DNA of 64,000 nucleotides from Spirochaetae bacterium HGW-Spirochaetae-5 (GTDB lineage Bacteria; Spirochaetota; UBA4802; UBA5550): NCBI GenBank assembly GCA_002839285.1, contig PGXT01000004.1, positions 1,248 to 65,247 of the forward strand, read 5' to 3'. Shown piece by piece: positions 30,648 to 40,740 of this stretch (position 1 is its first letter; each line of letters starts with the position of its first letter). The notes under the pieces were generated by a model. It saw only the letters and a program-made list of their open reading frames with translations, ran no database searches and was not told where the DNA came from. The position numbers and the translations under genes were made by a program.

Positions 30648-31631
30648 TTATTTTACTTTAAAAATATTGCTTCCGCCCTCGCTGGATAGATCAAGAGTGA
30701 GACCAGAGTTGTCAACCTTGCCGGACGGAGCCATATCTCCGTTTTTCTCTTCATCCATGTAATATGTGTCCCCTTTGCGTGTAAACTTCGCCTCGTAAGT
30801 TCTTTTACCTTTTTTCTCTATCCCCTTCGGGCCTTCACTTTCAGATTCACTGATGTTTATTGTAACAAACGCGGCATCTCCCACAATTTTTTTTACAACA
30901 GCAGTACCCTTCGCTTTGTAATAAACCATGTTACCGTTGGCTGAATACTCAAAGTTTTTATTTTTTATAAAAAAGTCAGGGGTAGTCAAAACCGGTTCCG
31001 GTTTTTTAACACTGACAGGTGCGAATGATCTGTTAGTTGCAGTATCATAGAAAACCCATTCTGCATCAGCACCGTTATGATCCGGTTTAAGCACAAGTTT
31101 TGTTCCGTTTTTTGCAGTGCGTGATTCAAGACATAATACTTTCCCCTTTGTGTTACTGGAAGCTCCGTAGATCTTCCATTTGAAGTTCCCGATATACTTA
31201 ACTTCCCATGACTCAATACCTATTCTGCCTTCAGCTTTAGTGCCGGTTTCATCGGTGCAGAGCATCCACAAATCCTGTGTCCCGAAAAACTTTGAAAAGT
31301 TTATATAATACCGTCCCTTTACATGAGCGGGATAGATCGTAAAGCGCCTGTCTGCAGGATCCCCTTTCTCTCTCTGCCACACCTGCATCTTAAGCCATCC
31401 CTTTGTGCCATCCTGTTTTTTAGTTCTTTTAAGATTGCCGGCATCCTTTCCAGGCTTGCCGGGAAGATCCCAGAATCCTTTTATGGATGTATTCGGTTCA
31501 AGTGCGGACTGGATGATGAATGAACGTTTATTGAAGCCAAACTCATCAACCTCCTGAGCATTAACTCCTGCGGCAGAAAATACAAACATTAATACTGAAA
31601 GACAGAGTGTGCTGAAAAATTTACTTCTCAT
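30648..31631 (-). CDS. Secreted protein with divergent beta-trefoil + unknown C-terminal beta domain
   Basis: Signal peptide ending VNA-QE; GFWDLPG; C-terminal PDFFIKNK..KGTAVVKK..EGPKG..SGKVD shared with 27234..29186. Confidence 0.75.
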   Translation of the reverse strand: MRSKFFSTLCLSVLMFVFSAAGVNAQEVDEFGFNKRSFIIQSALEPNTSIKGFWDLPGKPGKDAGNLKRTKKQDGTKGWLKMQVWQREKGDPADRRFTIYPAHVKGRYYINFSKFFGTQDLWMLCTDETGTKAEGRIGIESWEVKYIGNFKWKIYGASSNTKGKVLCLESRTAKNGTKLVLKPDHNGADAEWVFYDTATNRSFAPVSVKKPEPVLTTPDFFIKNKNFEYSANGNMVYYKAKGTAVVKKIVGDAAFVTINISESESEGPKGIEKKGKRTYEAKFTRKGDTYYMDEEKNGDMAPSGKVDNSGLTLDLSSEGGSNIFKVK

Positions 31632-31714
31632 GTTAACCTCTTATTTTCTTATTATTATAAACTCACCGGAATTAGCCCAGGTGGATTTACATTGTAAGCA
31701 TTACTATGATTTTG

Positions 31715-31729
31715 GCAATATTTATGCCA
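31715..31729 (-). promoter_or_regulatory. Putative sigma-54 promoter upstream of lectin gene 30648..31631
   Basis: Minus strand TGGCATAAATATTGC matches the -24/-12 consensus, about 85 bp upstream of the start. Confidence 0.6.
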
Positions 31730-31895
31730 TGGGAAATTATTATTCCCAGAAAGCTTCTAACCACTGATATTATCAGCAGTTAGAAGCTGATTTAAATTTC
31801 AGCTGCAATTTAAAAATAAAAAAAAATGAAAAATAACCGCATGATTGTATCAAATATGCAACACGTGTTATAAATAAGATTGAATTTTTCATATA

Positions 31896-34445
31896 TTAAT
31901 CCAGTCTGATCCAGGCTACATTATTCCCGATATTTGCACATCCATACTCTACCCACACATAACCGTTTTCACCCCATCCTTCACTCCATGAGTTTCTGAC
32001 AAGCCAGGCTTTTTTACTGTCATCCCATCCTACAATAACAATGGCATGATTCGTATCCCTCGGGCCGCTTACAGAAACCTTCTCGTCATAAACACCACCG
32101 CCGTAAGCCTGAAAAAGGGGCGTGACCTTGAGACTCGAGTAGACCGGGCCATATTTGCATATCGCCTCCTTGATCTCTTTAACTGTTGCGATTTGGTAGC
32201 TGACATATCCCTTCTGTTTTATTTTGTAAGGCATGTCGGCATTTTTATTTGAGCAAAAGCTGTTTTCACCGAGGTATGGCACCTGCGATTCAAGAGCGGC
32301 ACCGCTTGTCACCATAGTTCTGAAGAGGAATGGGACATTACCCCCACTGCAGCTTCCGCAGTCAGCTTTGACATTAGCGGCGGTAACACCTTCGAGGCAG
32401 TCAACGACATACTGCTCCGAGAGGTCCAGCTCCTTACCATGCATTATTTTATATACGCTTTCATATACAGCCATTCCAGAGAAAGCCCAGCAGCTTCCGC
32501 ACTGTAACTGATTTTTTACAGGAGTCATCATATTTATATCACGCCAGTTGAATGCCTTCATGTCAGCAGAACGCTTAATTGCTGCAGGCAGGGATGACGG
32601 GGCTTTATCATCTTTCATGAATACCGCATTTTTAGGATCGGGCTGCACATCAAAGGCCCCGGTAATCTCTTTTATTGTTTTATTAATTACAGATGTTGCC
32701 TTAACGCTGAATTTATAACCTTTCTTTTTAATCTCTGCACTGAGATCATTCACCTTTTTATTGATCTCATCGGCTCTCTTCATTACAAGTTCTTCTGTAC
32801 TCTTCTTCTCTTCCCCCTTTGAGATTATTACAAATTCCCATTCAGAATTTGAACTTTTTGAAGAAGACATTATTAGTTTTGATCCATTTGCCGAAGCTTT
32901 CCCTGATGCAGTGATGTATTTATTGTCAGATCTCGATTCAAATGTAAACCGGTTCTTCCCGATATTGTTTATCTTCCAATGGTACGATAAATCACTATTC
33001 ATTGACGAACTCTTATTCTGTTCGACACTATCATCTGAGGCAGGGATAAAATACCACTCCATCCAGTCCCCCTGATGATCACCCCATGTGTGAACATTTG
33101 ATCCGTTTGAAAAACTGCGGGGAGTGCATAGGGCCCTTCCCCAGCTGGTAAAAATTTTCCAGCGTCCGTTGCCGAGATTCTGAAGCCGGAATTTCTGGGA
33201 TGCGGAATTATTGGGTTTCCATATATGCATATTTACCCCGTCACCATTGTTCCCGCCTGAAACATCGACATAGCCTCCGTTCTGTGAAACAATATAATAC
33301 ATACCTCCGCCGGCCGGAACAAAGCGGAACTGCTGATCAATACCGTAATCCTGGCTCCAAATCCCGAGATTGTCACCAGCCTTGTACTTTGATGGTACTC
33401 CCGGCTGGTCCCAGAAACCCTGCTCGCCCGATAATCCTGACTGAACAGATTTGACATAGACATAACCTGATGGAACAGCATTTCCGGAATTTCCGCCGTT
33501 AACCTGAGCTGTATTTCGAATAAAACATCCGGTATTTGATTCAATTAAATAATAACCTATATCCTCAACTTTACCGCTTCTTTCCCAAAGCGGAAGGAAC
33601 TTATATCTCCTGTCTATCTCCGGGCTCTTCTGAAATTTAAATTCAATCTCCCAAAGCTGAAGGGCTTTACCTGCTCCACGAGTCAGTTCACCGGCCCCGG
33701 GGATATCCCAGAAATTTCCCATGTCATTGCTGTCCTTTTTATGGGGAGTTCTGATTGCGGTCCATCTTTCAGCATCAGGGATATCATGCTCTCCCCATGC
33801 ATAGATGTACCTGTCCCATCCCCCAGTGACCTCAACTTTATTTACAACTGATGCCCCGGCTCCATAAAGAATACCGGCGTTACCGGCTTCGATAAATTTC
33901 CACTGACAGGCGGGCCTGTCGTTGTCATCCCAGGGAACAACATATGTGCCGTTTGAGTCTGAATCTTTGTCAGCACAGAGTATCTTTTTACCCCCGCCCT
34001 GATTAACATATATTTTATATTTACCGCCGCCTATACTCTTGAACTTGAACTGCTGGTTTGCGTTTTTACTCAGCTTAACATCCCATATGTGAACCTTTGA
34101 ACCATTCTTCACCTTCCCGTCAGAGACATCCACGTTCCCCCGGAAGAGTCTGCCGAAAGCCGCGTTCTTCGGAGAAATATAATTCCAGCCGTTTCCCGCG
34201 GGTGTTATCATATATTTGCGGTCATCCCCCTTGTCGAATGACCAGAGCTGAAGCCTCTCCCCTTTTTTGAAACCTCCACCGCCCGGGAGATCCCAGAAGC
34301 CCCTATCATCATCACCTGATAGTACCGATTTAATGTGATAATACTTCTTTGCATCTATTGTCATTGCAGTTCCTGAAAAAATTACCAGCAAAAACAGTAT
34401 CAGCATCGGCATAACGCGCCTGTTTTTCATTATTATACTCCTCAC
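31896..34445 (-). CDS. Secreted multi-beta-trefoil papain-like (C1A) cysteine protease
   Basis: Three GxWDxPG trefoil starts; C-terminal FNWRD..PVKNQLQCGSCWAF, NHAIVIVGW, WLVRNSW..WGENGY. Confidence 0.9.
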   Translation of the reverse strand: MRSIIMKNRRVMPMLILFLLVIFSGTAMTIDAKKYYHIKSVLSGDDDRGFWDLPGGGGFKKGERLQLWSFDKGDDRKYMITPAGNGWNYISPKNAAFGRLFRGNVDVSDGKVKNGSKVHIWDVKLSKNANQQFKFKSIGGGKYKIYVNQGGGKKILCADKDSDSNGTYVVPWDDNDRPACQWKFIEAGNAGILYGAGASVVNKVEVTGGWDRYIYAWGEHDIPDAERWTAIRTPHKKDSNDMGNFWDIPGAGELTRGAGKALQLWEIEFKFQKSPEIDRRYKFLPLWERSGKVEDIGYYLIESNTGCFIRNTAQVNGGNSGNAVPSGYVYVKSVQSGLSGEQGFWDQPGVPSKYKAGDNLGIWSQDYGIDQQFRFVPAGGGMYYIVSQNGGYVDVSGGNNGDGVNMHIWKPNNSASQKFRLQNLGNGRWKIFTSWGRALCTPRSFSNGSNVHTWGDHQGDWMEWYFIPASDDSVEQNKSSSMNSDLSYHWKINNIGKNRFTFESRSDNKYITASGKASANGSKLIMSSSKSSNSEWEFVIISKGEEKKSTEELVMKRADEINKKVNDLSAEIKKKGYKFSVKATSVINKTIKEITGAFDVQPDPKNAVFMKDDKAPSSLPAAIKRSADMKAFNWRDINMMTPVKNQLQCGSCWAFSGMAVYESVYKIMHGKELDLSEQYVVDCLEGVTAANVKADCGSCSGGNVPFLFRTMVTSGAALESQVPYLGENSFCSNKNADMPYKIKQKGYVSYQIATVKEIKEAICKYGPVYSSLKVTPLFQAYGGGVYDEKVSVSGPRDTNHAIVIVGWDDSKKAWLVRNSWSEGWGENGYVWVEYGCANIGNNVAWIRLD

Positions 34446-34922
34446 CTTATCTTTTTAGAATTTATAAAATCCTCAACCTCACAAAGCCCATCTAGGCTAT
34501 TATACCTCAAATAATTAAACTGTAACAATATTCCAAAAGAGAGACCAGTTTATTTATTTAGAAGTTTTGAATGGGGATTTTTTCTATTTTCCGGACGAAA
34601 AGGAAAATCTGATAATACCGGATATTCAAAAGTAACATTATGAATAGCCCGCAGCTGATGTTGAAATATTCCGATAATCATCGAAACAGTATAAATTAAA
34701 CTATAAAAATAATCAAGTTTAATTTATACTAAACTTTAAGGGGGTAATTTTTATTTATACTGAATTAATCGGGCTGAGATTCAGCGCAGGAAAATCCTGA
34801 TGCAGAAAAAATACATAGAAACCTGAAACACTTTTAATAAATCACATATAATTACAGTACTCCTTAAAAGAACAGGTCGGTGGTAATTGATATAGTATCA
34901 ACAGCTAAAACAGTTTTACCAG

Positions 34923-35969
34923 CTACTTCTGCATAAAAAGTGTCCTTGTGGGATAGGCAAATTCAACTTTCATTTTTTCCAGAAGCAGCATTATCTTTAT
35001 ATTTATATCCTGCTGAATATCCATGTATGTGCGGTAATCACCCGACAATACATAAAATACTATTTCAAAATCGAGACTTGAATCTCCGAACTTATGGAAA
35101 TGGCAGCGGTCAAACCTTGCGGTTTCTATATCTGTGATAATTTTTTCTATCTCAACAGTTATCTTCTTAAGTTTTACAACCGGTGTCTGATATGTTACAC
35201 CAAATCCGAAAACAACCCGACGCTCCTGCATACTTTTGTAATTCTTTACTCTTGATCCGGTAAGATCGGTATTTGAAAATACAAGCTCTTCACCGCCAAG
35301 ACTTCTTAATCGTGTTGTTTTTATGCCAATATGTTCAACAACACCGGCCAGCGAATCGATAACAAGAAAATCCCCGATCTCGAATGGGCGGTCGAAGAAT
35401 ATTGTAAAATAATTAAAGATATCACGAAGTATCGACTGTGCCGCAAATGCAATCGCCACACCGCCCACACCAAGGCCGGCAATAAGACCTGAAATTTTTA
35501 CACCCAGGTTATCAAGAAGAATAAGAAATGCAATGGTCCACAGAACTATTCTTATAACCATGTCAAACAGAATGGCTACACTGCTCACCCTGTCATTATC
35601 ATCTTTAACAAGCCAGAACCTGTTTACCAGAAAAATTATAATAGAGATGCAGAAACGTGTTACAAAAAAAACAACGACTATTATAAAGATATAATTAAAG
35701 AATCTCGCGGTGGTGCTGCCCGGAGTCAGAACACCGGCACTGAGATATACAGCAAAAAAATAAAAAAGAGGAATGAGGCTATTCTGAAAGGACACAACAA
35801 TCAGGTCATCTATGTCAAAATCTGTTGAATTTGCTATTCTTTTTATTCTGGAAAAGATTACCATACGGAATAATTTTACTACGAAAATACCAGATGAAGC
35901 AAGAATTGCAAAAAAAATATACTGCTGAAGTGTACTACCTGCAAATTTATACAAAAGAAGATTTTCCAT
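34923..35969 (-). CDS. mscS: Small-conductance mechanosensitive channel (MscS family)
   Basis: LDNLG..ISGLIAGLGVGGVAIAFAAQ, DRPFEIGDF, VEHIGIKTTRLRS, FGVTYQT, FAYPTRT. Confidence 0.93.
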   Translation of the reverse strand: MENLLLYKFAGSTLQQYIFFAILASSGIFVVKLFRMVIFSRIKRIANSTDFDIDDLIVVSFQNSLIPLFYFFAVYLSAGVLTPGSTTARFFNYIFIIVVVFFVTRFCISIIIFLVNRFWLVKDDNDRVSSVAILFDMVIRIVLWTIAFLILLDNLGVKISGLIAGLGVGGVAIAFAAQSILRDIFNYFTIFFDRPFEIGDFLVIDSLAGVVEHIGIKTTRLRSLGGEELVFSNTDLTGSRVKNYKSMQERRVVFGFGVTYQTPVVKLKKITVEIEKIITDIETARFDRCHFHKFGDSSLDFEIVFYVLSGDYRTYMDIQQDINIKIMLLLEKMKVEFAYPTRTLFMQK

Positions 35970-36256
35970 AATACATTCCTTTATAATTATTTATTAATTT
36001 TAATCACTTAACGTATATTTTTGCAAAAAAAACAATACAATACCTCCCCGTAATCTTTGACGACCGGGTGAATAAAGTAATTTTATTTTGCAAAAGATTA
36101 AGGTTTATCAATGGTAAAAGTCTTCATTAACAAAATACAGGTCTGCCGGTCTGACGTCAACCTTTATACTCATATTCCGGTAACAGCGGCATGGCCCGGT
36201 AAATTATTTTCAGAGGTGAACATGCTCCGCACTGCGGTTGAAGTGGTAATTTACCA

Positions 36257-37540
36257 TCAGAAATAAAACTGAAGCGATACGTAATACATCGGCTGTTCAT
36301 CAAAGCTTTTAAAATCTGAACCTCTATCTGCATCTCCGACGAAAGCTGTTATAATCCCCACGGTGATATCAAGGTTCTCAAAGACATTAAGCTTCAGCGC
36401 CCCATTCAGAAAAAGACCTCTCCCTTGAAAATCATAAATGGCGAACAGATCTCCGCGAAGCAGGGGGAAAAAATCGTATCCTGCCGCAATGGAAAAATAA
36501 TGGCTGTTGTAAGTAATTATTCTGTTTGAGATGATATAATAATTACTTTCATCGAATCCAATAATCGAGTACGATAAAAGGGCAGCCTGAAGTTCAGCAT
36601 CATCATTTGCCGGGAGACTGTTATAAAAATACTCCGCAAGAAGATATAAACCTGACGAAAATGTATACTCATACCCTGTACCGTACTGATAGAAATCATA
36701 TCCACTGGACGGAGATGAGTATAAAAAAACTCCGGTAAGAAGTCCATCGAAGATCTCTGCAGTAAAATCAGCTCCGCCGTTTTTTCTCTTTGCGGTATAA
36801 CCTCCAAGAAGCGCAACATCAAACTCCTTCGCACCGCTCTTTAGTCTTGCAATATAATTAAAACTGTCAGCTTCGACATCATCGTAATTATTATTCTCTT
36901 TAACCGGACTCACAACTCCAGTTAACTCGGTTGACTCGCCGGGATACCAGTCAATCCGAAGAGCATCGGTCCCGCGCTGTTCACCACTCCCTTCAACTCC
37001 CGTGGGTGATATGGGATTCATCAGATCAAGGGGATTCCATAACCTGCTGCTTCCGAAGCGGATCTGCTGTCTTCCGGCTGTGCCGGTGAATTTTCCTGAA
37101 GTCATCTTAACGTAGATATTATGAAAATCGCTCCGGATGTAGAAGTCATCGCTGTAATAAAATTCACGCGAAAGTGTTACAATTTCATTATACCCGGAAT
37201 CTCTCCAGTATATGTCGAAGTAATCAGTTTTATTGTAATTTGTAATTACAGTTTCGAAGTCTGCATCGGCATGAAGTATAAATATTTCACCATAATTGAT
37301 TTCAGGGGAAAACCTTAATCTGTTCATATCCGCAATGATTTTTTTCTTTTCCGGCATGGAATAAATATCACGCTGGAAATTTTCAGTTTTCTGGTACGTA
37401 AATATATTTTTGTAATAACCGCCGAACTTTAAATCCCACCCTTCATTTATAAACTCAGCTTCACCTGAGTACAGAACTGATCCGGTGAATACAAACAGAA
37501 TGAATATAAACAGATTTAAATTTATAAGTCTCTGCCACAT
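36257..37540 (-). CDS. Outer-membrane beta-barrel protein associated with ABC/LolA-like cassette
   Basis: Signal peptide, GRQQIRFGSSRLWNP.D, alternating aromatic strands, C-terminal YVSLQFYF. Confidence 0.75.
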   Translation of the reverse strand: MWQRLINLNLFIFILFVFTGSVLYSGEAEFINEGWDLKFGGYYKNIFTYQKTENFQRDIYSMPEKKKIIADMNRLRFSPEINYGEIFILHADADFETVITNYNKTDYFDIYWRDSGYNEIVTLSREFYYSDDFYIRSDFHNIYVKMTSGKFTGTAGRQQIRFGSSRLWNPLDLMNPISPTGVEGSGEQRGTDALRIDWYPGESTELTGVVSPVKENNNYDDVEADSFNYIARLKSGAKEFDVALLGGYTAKRKNGGADFTAEIFDGLLTGVFLYSSPSSGYDFYQYGTGYEYTFSSGLYLLAEYFYNSLPANDDAELQAALLSYSIIGFDESNYYIISNRIITYNSHYFSIAAGYDFFPLLRGDLFAIYDFQGRGLFLNGALKLNVFENLDITVGIITAFVGDADRGSDFKSFDEQPMYYVSLQFYF

Positions 37541-37548
37541 AATTTATC

Positions 37549-38247
37549 TCACTTTACCCGTGAGACTATTGTACCGTCACAAAGATTTATCAGTCTCCGT
37601 GCTGACTTCATCACCATTCTGTCGTGAGTTGAAAAAATAAAGGTTGTACCTATCTCTTCATTCAGCTTCTTCATCAGATCAAGGAGAGAAGCCCCGGTCT
37701 TCTGGTCGAGATTCGCAGTGGGTTCATCGGCAAGGATAATCTCCGGTTTTGAAACTATAGCCCGTGCTACGGCGACTCTCTGCTGCTGTCCTCCGGATAT
37801 TTCGGCCGGTCTTCGGTTCATCTCTTTTTCGAGCCCGACAGCGCGGAGAATGCTTTCGGAACGGACACGGCGTTCCTCTTTATCCACCCCCTGCAGCAGA
37901 AGTATATACTCAACATTTTCAATTGCAGTCAGAACAGGAATAAGATTATACGCCTGAAAAATAAAACCTATTCTGTTAAGCCGAAGATCCGAGAGCTCTC
38001 TCTCTTTCATCATATTAAGATTCACTCCGGTCACCCTGACTTCACCACTCCCCGGCCTGTCGATTCCGCCGATAATATTAAGAAGAGTTGTTTTACCGGA
38101 ACCGGATGGACCTGCTATGGCAGTGAATTCCCCTTTTTTAACCTGAAGATCTATTCCGTTCAGGGCATGAACGGTTATTCCGCCGCTTAAGTAATCTTTA
38201 AAAAGTCCGCTGATCTCAATGACATTCTCATGCTCTCTCTTTTTCAT
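37549..38247 (-). CDS. ABC transporter ATP-binding protein (LolD/MacB-like)
   Basis: GPSGSGKTT, ISGGQQQRVAVARA, ILADEPTANLD, STHD. Confidence 0.93.
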   Translation of the reverse strand: MKKREHENVIEISGLFKDYLSGGITVHALNGIDLQVKKGEFTAIAGPSGSGKTTLLNIIGGIDRPGSGEVRVTGVNLNMMKERELSDLRLNRIGFIFQAYNLIPVLTAIENVEYILLLQGVDKEERRVRSESILRAVGLEKEMNRRPAEISGGQQQRVAVARAIVSKPEIILADEPTANLDQKTGASLLDLMKKLNEEIGTTFIFSTHDRMVMKSARRLINLCDGTIVSRVK

Positions 38248-39482
38248 ATATAGTTCAGCGCCTCCAGTGGTTTTATCTTCGCGGCTTTATAAGCAGGGTA
38301 CACTGCAGATATAACAGCAGTGAGGAGAACTATAACAGCCGAAGCCGCAATATCCTTTAACATAATCAGAGGATAGACAACACTCCCCGTCCCCCATATC
38401 CTCATGGATTCGGAAAACATTGAAAGATCAATCCCGATTATTCCATAAACAGTATTGAATAAAACTCCGGACAACAGTCCTGCCGCCATACCAGCCAGTC
38501 CAAGATTAACCGCCTCGGATATTATCATAATGAATACATTTAAGGGCCTTGTACCTATGCACTTCATCACTCCGATTTCATGGAACCGCTCCATTACCGC
38601 CATGATCATTGTATTAGCCACGGAAAATATTACAGTGATGAATATAATTCCGAAAAATATAAACATCATGGCATCATAAAGCTTTATTGCGCTCATCATT
38701 GACGGCGACATCTCCTGCCATGTAAGCGCCTCAATCTCCGGATCCTTAAGCAGATCACTCACTGATTTTTTAACAGATGTTGAATCATCCCGTGTCACGG
38801 TTCTTATACTGATCTCGGAAATTCTGTTTTCAACACCCATAACATCCTGCAGTTTTTTTACACCTGTAAATATAACATACTTATCAAAACTGTCTATTGG
38901 AGAACGGAACACCCCACGGACTGTTAATGCCTCACCGGAAATTTCATCACTGCTGTCCTGAAGCATAATGACAAGCCTGTCCCCGATTACAAGATCGAGT
39001 TTCTCCGCCAGCTGATCCGATATTAGCACATCTCCTGCAGAAGAATCTTTAAGAAATTCACTTCCATCGCCGGTTGATGTATATTGAAATATTTGAGAAA
39101 CACTCTTCTCTTTTTCCGGATCGATACCGACAATCATTACTCCCTGTGAAGCCTCACTTGACCTTACTATCCCCTCTGTTTTAACCCGGGGAGCCCACCC
39201 CGCAACTTCAGGTATCTCATTGAGCCTACTGTAAAGCTCAGCTTCAGGAGTAAAACTGTAGGACGCCTTTACGTTATCAGTAAATCCCTTTCTATGCACA
39301 GAGACATGTCCAAGAGAAGTGCTTATCGTATTATCAATCATCTGGTAGTTCATACCGTTTACCAGAGCCATGGTTATAAGCATGAAGAAAATCCCTATGC
39401 CGATTGAAGATATGACAATAAGCGATCTCTTTTTATTCCTCCAGATGTTGCGCCAGCTTAATTTAATATATATATACATCAA
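38244..39482 (-). CDS. ABC permease (LolE/MacB-FtsX-like)
   Basis: LSWRNIWRNKKRS, large periplasmic loop, ERFHEIGVMKCIG, PAYKAAKIKP. Confidence 0.9.
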   Translation of the reverse strand: MMYIYIKLSWRNIWRNKKRSLIVISSIGIGIFFMLITMALVNGMNYQMIDNTISTSLGHVSVHRKGFTDNVKASYSFTPEAELYSRLNEIPEVAGWAPRVKTEGIVRSSEASQGVMIVGIDPEKEKSVSQIFQYTSTGDGSEFLKDSSAGDVLISDQLAEKLDLVIGDRLVIMLQDSSDEISGEALTVRGVFRSPIDSFDKYVIFTGVKKLQDVMGVENRISEISIRTVTRDDSTSVKKSVSDLLKDPEIEALTWQEMSPSMMSAIKLYDAMMFIFFGIIFITVIFSVANTMIMAVMERFHEIGVMKCIGTRPLNVFIMIISEAVNLGLAGMAAGLLSGVLFNTVYGIIGIDLSMFSESMRIWGTGSVVYPLIMLKDIAASAVIVLLTAVISAVYPAYKAAKIKPLEALNYI

Positions 39483-39490
39483 ATCCCCCG

Positions 39491-40738
39491 CTACAGATGC
39501 CTTATTGCCCGTACAGGATTGAGCTTCGCAGCCCGCATTGCCGGAAATGCAGTAAAAGTTAAAGACAGAAACAGTATTATCGATGCAGTAACAATAAAAT
39601 CATAAGACCTTATTCTTGCATAATAGACAAGTGTTGACATTCCGTAGATCTCCATCTCTGCCTGATACTCCGAAAAATCCATTGGATAAATTGTAAAATA
39701 GAAACTAAGTGCCCAGCCGCAGAGCAGCCCGACAGTAATTCCGATTACAGAGATGATAAATGATTCCGTGATAATCATGGAGAATATCCTCCCTGGAGAC
39801 GTACCTATTGAAAGCATAATCCCCATCTCTCTTATCCGCTCGAAGACCGACATCTGTATTGTATTAAGTACACCGAATGCCACAATTATATAAAGTATAA
39901 ATACAAAAATATGACTGCTCACCCTGTCCATTGCAATGAACTGAAGTATCTCCGGCATAATCCGGTCCCATGTCATCACTTCAAGTTCTTCACCGGTTAT
40001 CAGTTTTATCTCACCTTCCAGTTTTTCCACAGATGATGTTTCATCGGCATGGATAACATATGCACTTACAAAGTTATGCATGGAGAAGGTTTCATTCCCC
40101 TGAACTAAAGGAATAAGAGCAAGCCCGCGGTTGTATCCGATATTCGGGCTTCTGAATATCCCTCTTACAACAAAGCTGTCTGCGGCAATGGATCCGTCAA
40201 ACCCCTGTGATAAAACCGAAACGGTATCTTCGATTTTCGCTCCGATATTCTCTGCCAGTTTATTACCAAGTACAATTGAAAGCCGGTCTCCTGCTTCGAG
40301 ATATCTTCCGCCGGGGAGAATGTAATTATGAAGAGTTGTTATCTTTTTCTCAAGCACAGGATCAACTGCATATATTTCACTTCCGGCAGATGAATTCCCC
40401 GAGATTATCAGTCCCCCGGTATAGATTCTTGGTGATACCTCTTTTACTCCGCTCAGTTTTCTTATCCTTTCGATCATTGTGCTGTCATTTTCAAAAGCAT
40501 ATTCAAGTGTCAGATTTTTCCGGTAACCCTTTTCATGAATCTGTATATGACCTGTAACAGGCGCGATACTGTCTTCGATCATCTGCTCATACCCGCCATT
40601 CTGAAGCGAGCGCATAAAGAGTATAAGAGTGCAGCCTGCCGTTATGGTTAGAAATGTAAGCAACGACCTGCGGCTGTTTCTCCATACATTCCGCCAGGAT
40701 AATCCGGCAATAAGAGCTATCTCTTCAAATCTCCGCAC
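39491..40738 (-). CDS. ABC permease (LolE/MacB-FtsX-like), second paralog
   Basis: LSWRNVWRNSRRS, ERIREMGIMLSIG, PAMRAAKLNP. Confidence 0.9.
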   Translation of the reverse strand: MRRFEEIALIAGLSWRNVWRNSRRSLLTFLTITAGCTLILFMRSLQNGGYEQMIEDSIAPVTGHIQIHEKGYRKNLTLEYAFENDSTMIERIRKLSGVKEVSPRIYTGGLIISGNSSAGSEIYAVDPVLEKKITTLHNYILPGGRYLEAGDRLSIVLGNKLAENIGAKIEDTVSVLSQGFDGSIAADSFVVRGIFRSPNIGYNRGLALIPLVQGNETFSMHNFVSAYVIHADETSSVEKLEGEIKLITGEELEVMTWDRIMPEILQFIAMDRVSSHIFVFILYIIVAFGVLNTIQMSVFERIREMGIMLSIGTSPGRIFSMIITESFIISVIGITVGLLCGWALSFYFTIYPMDFSEYQAEMEIYGMSTLVYYARIRSYDFIVTASIILFLSLTFTAFPAMRAAKLNPVRAIRHL

Positions 40739-40740
40739 GG

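Noticed and set aside
26043-34445. Ricin/Shiga-type AB toxin
   Set aside because: Only B-type trefoils are seen; no ribosome-inactivating A-chain motif recognised.
36060-36256. Possible gene remnant between mscS and the beta-barrel gene
   Set aside because: Only short open stretches with no recognisable motif; evidence insufficient.
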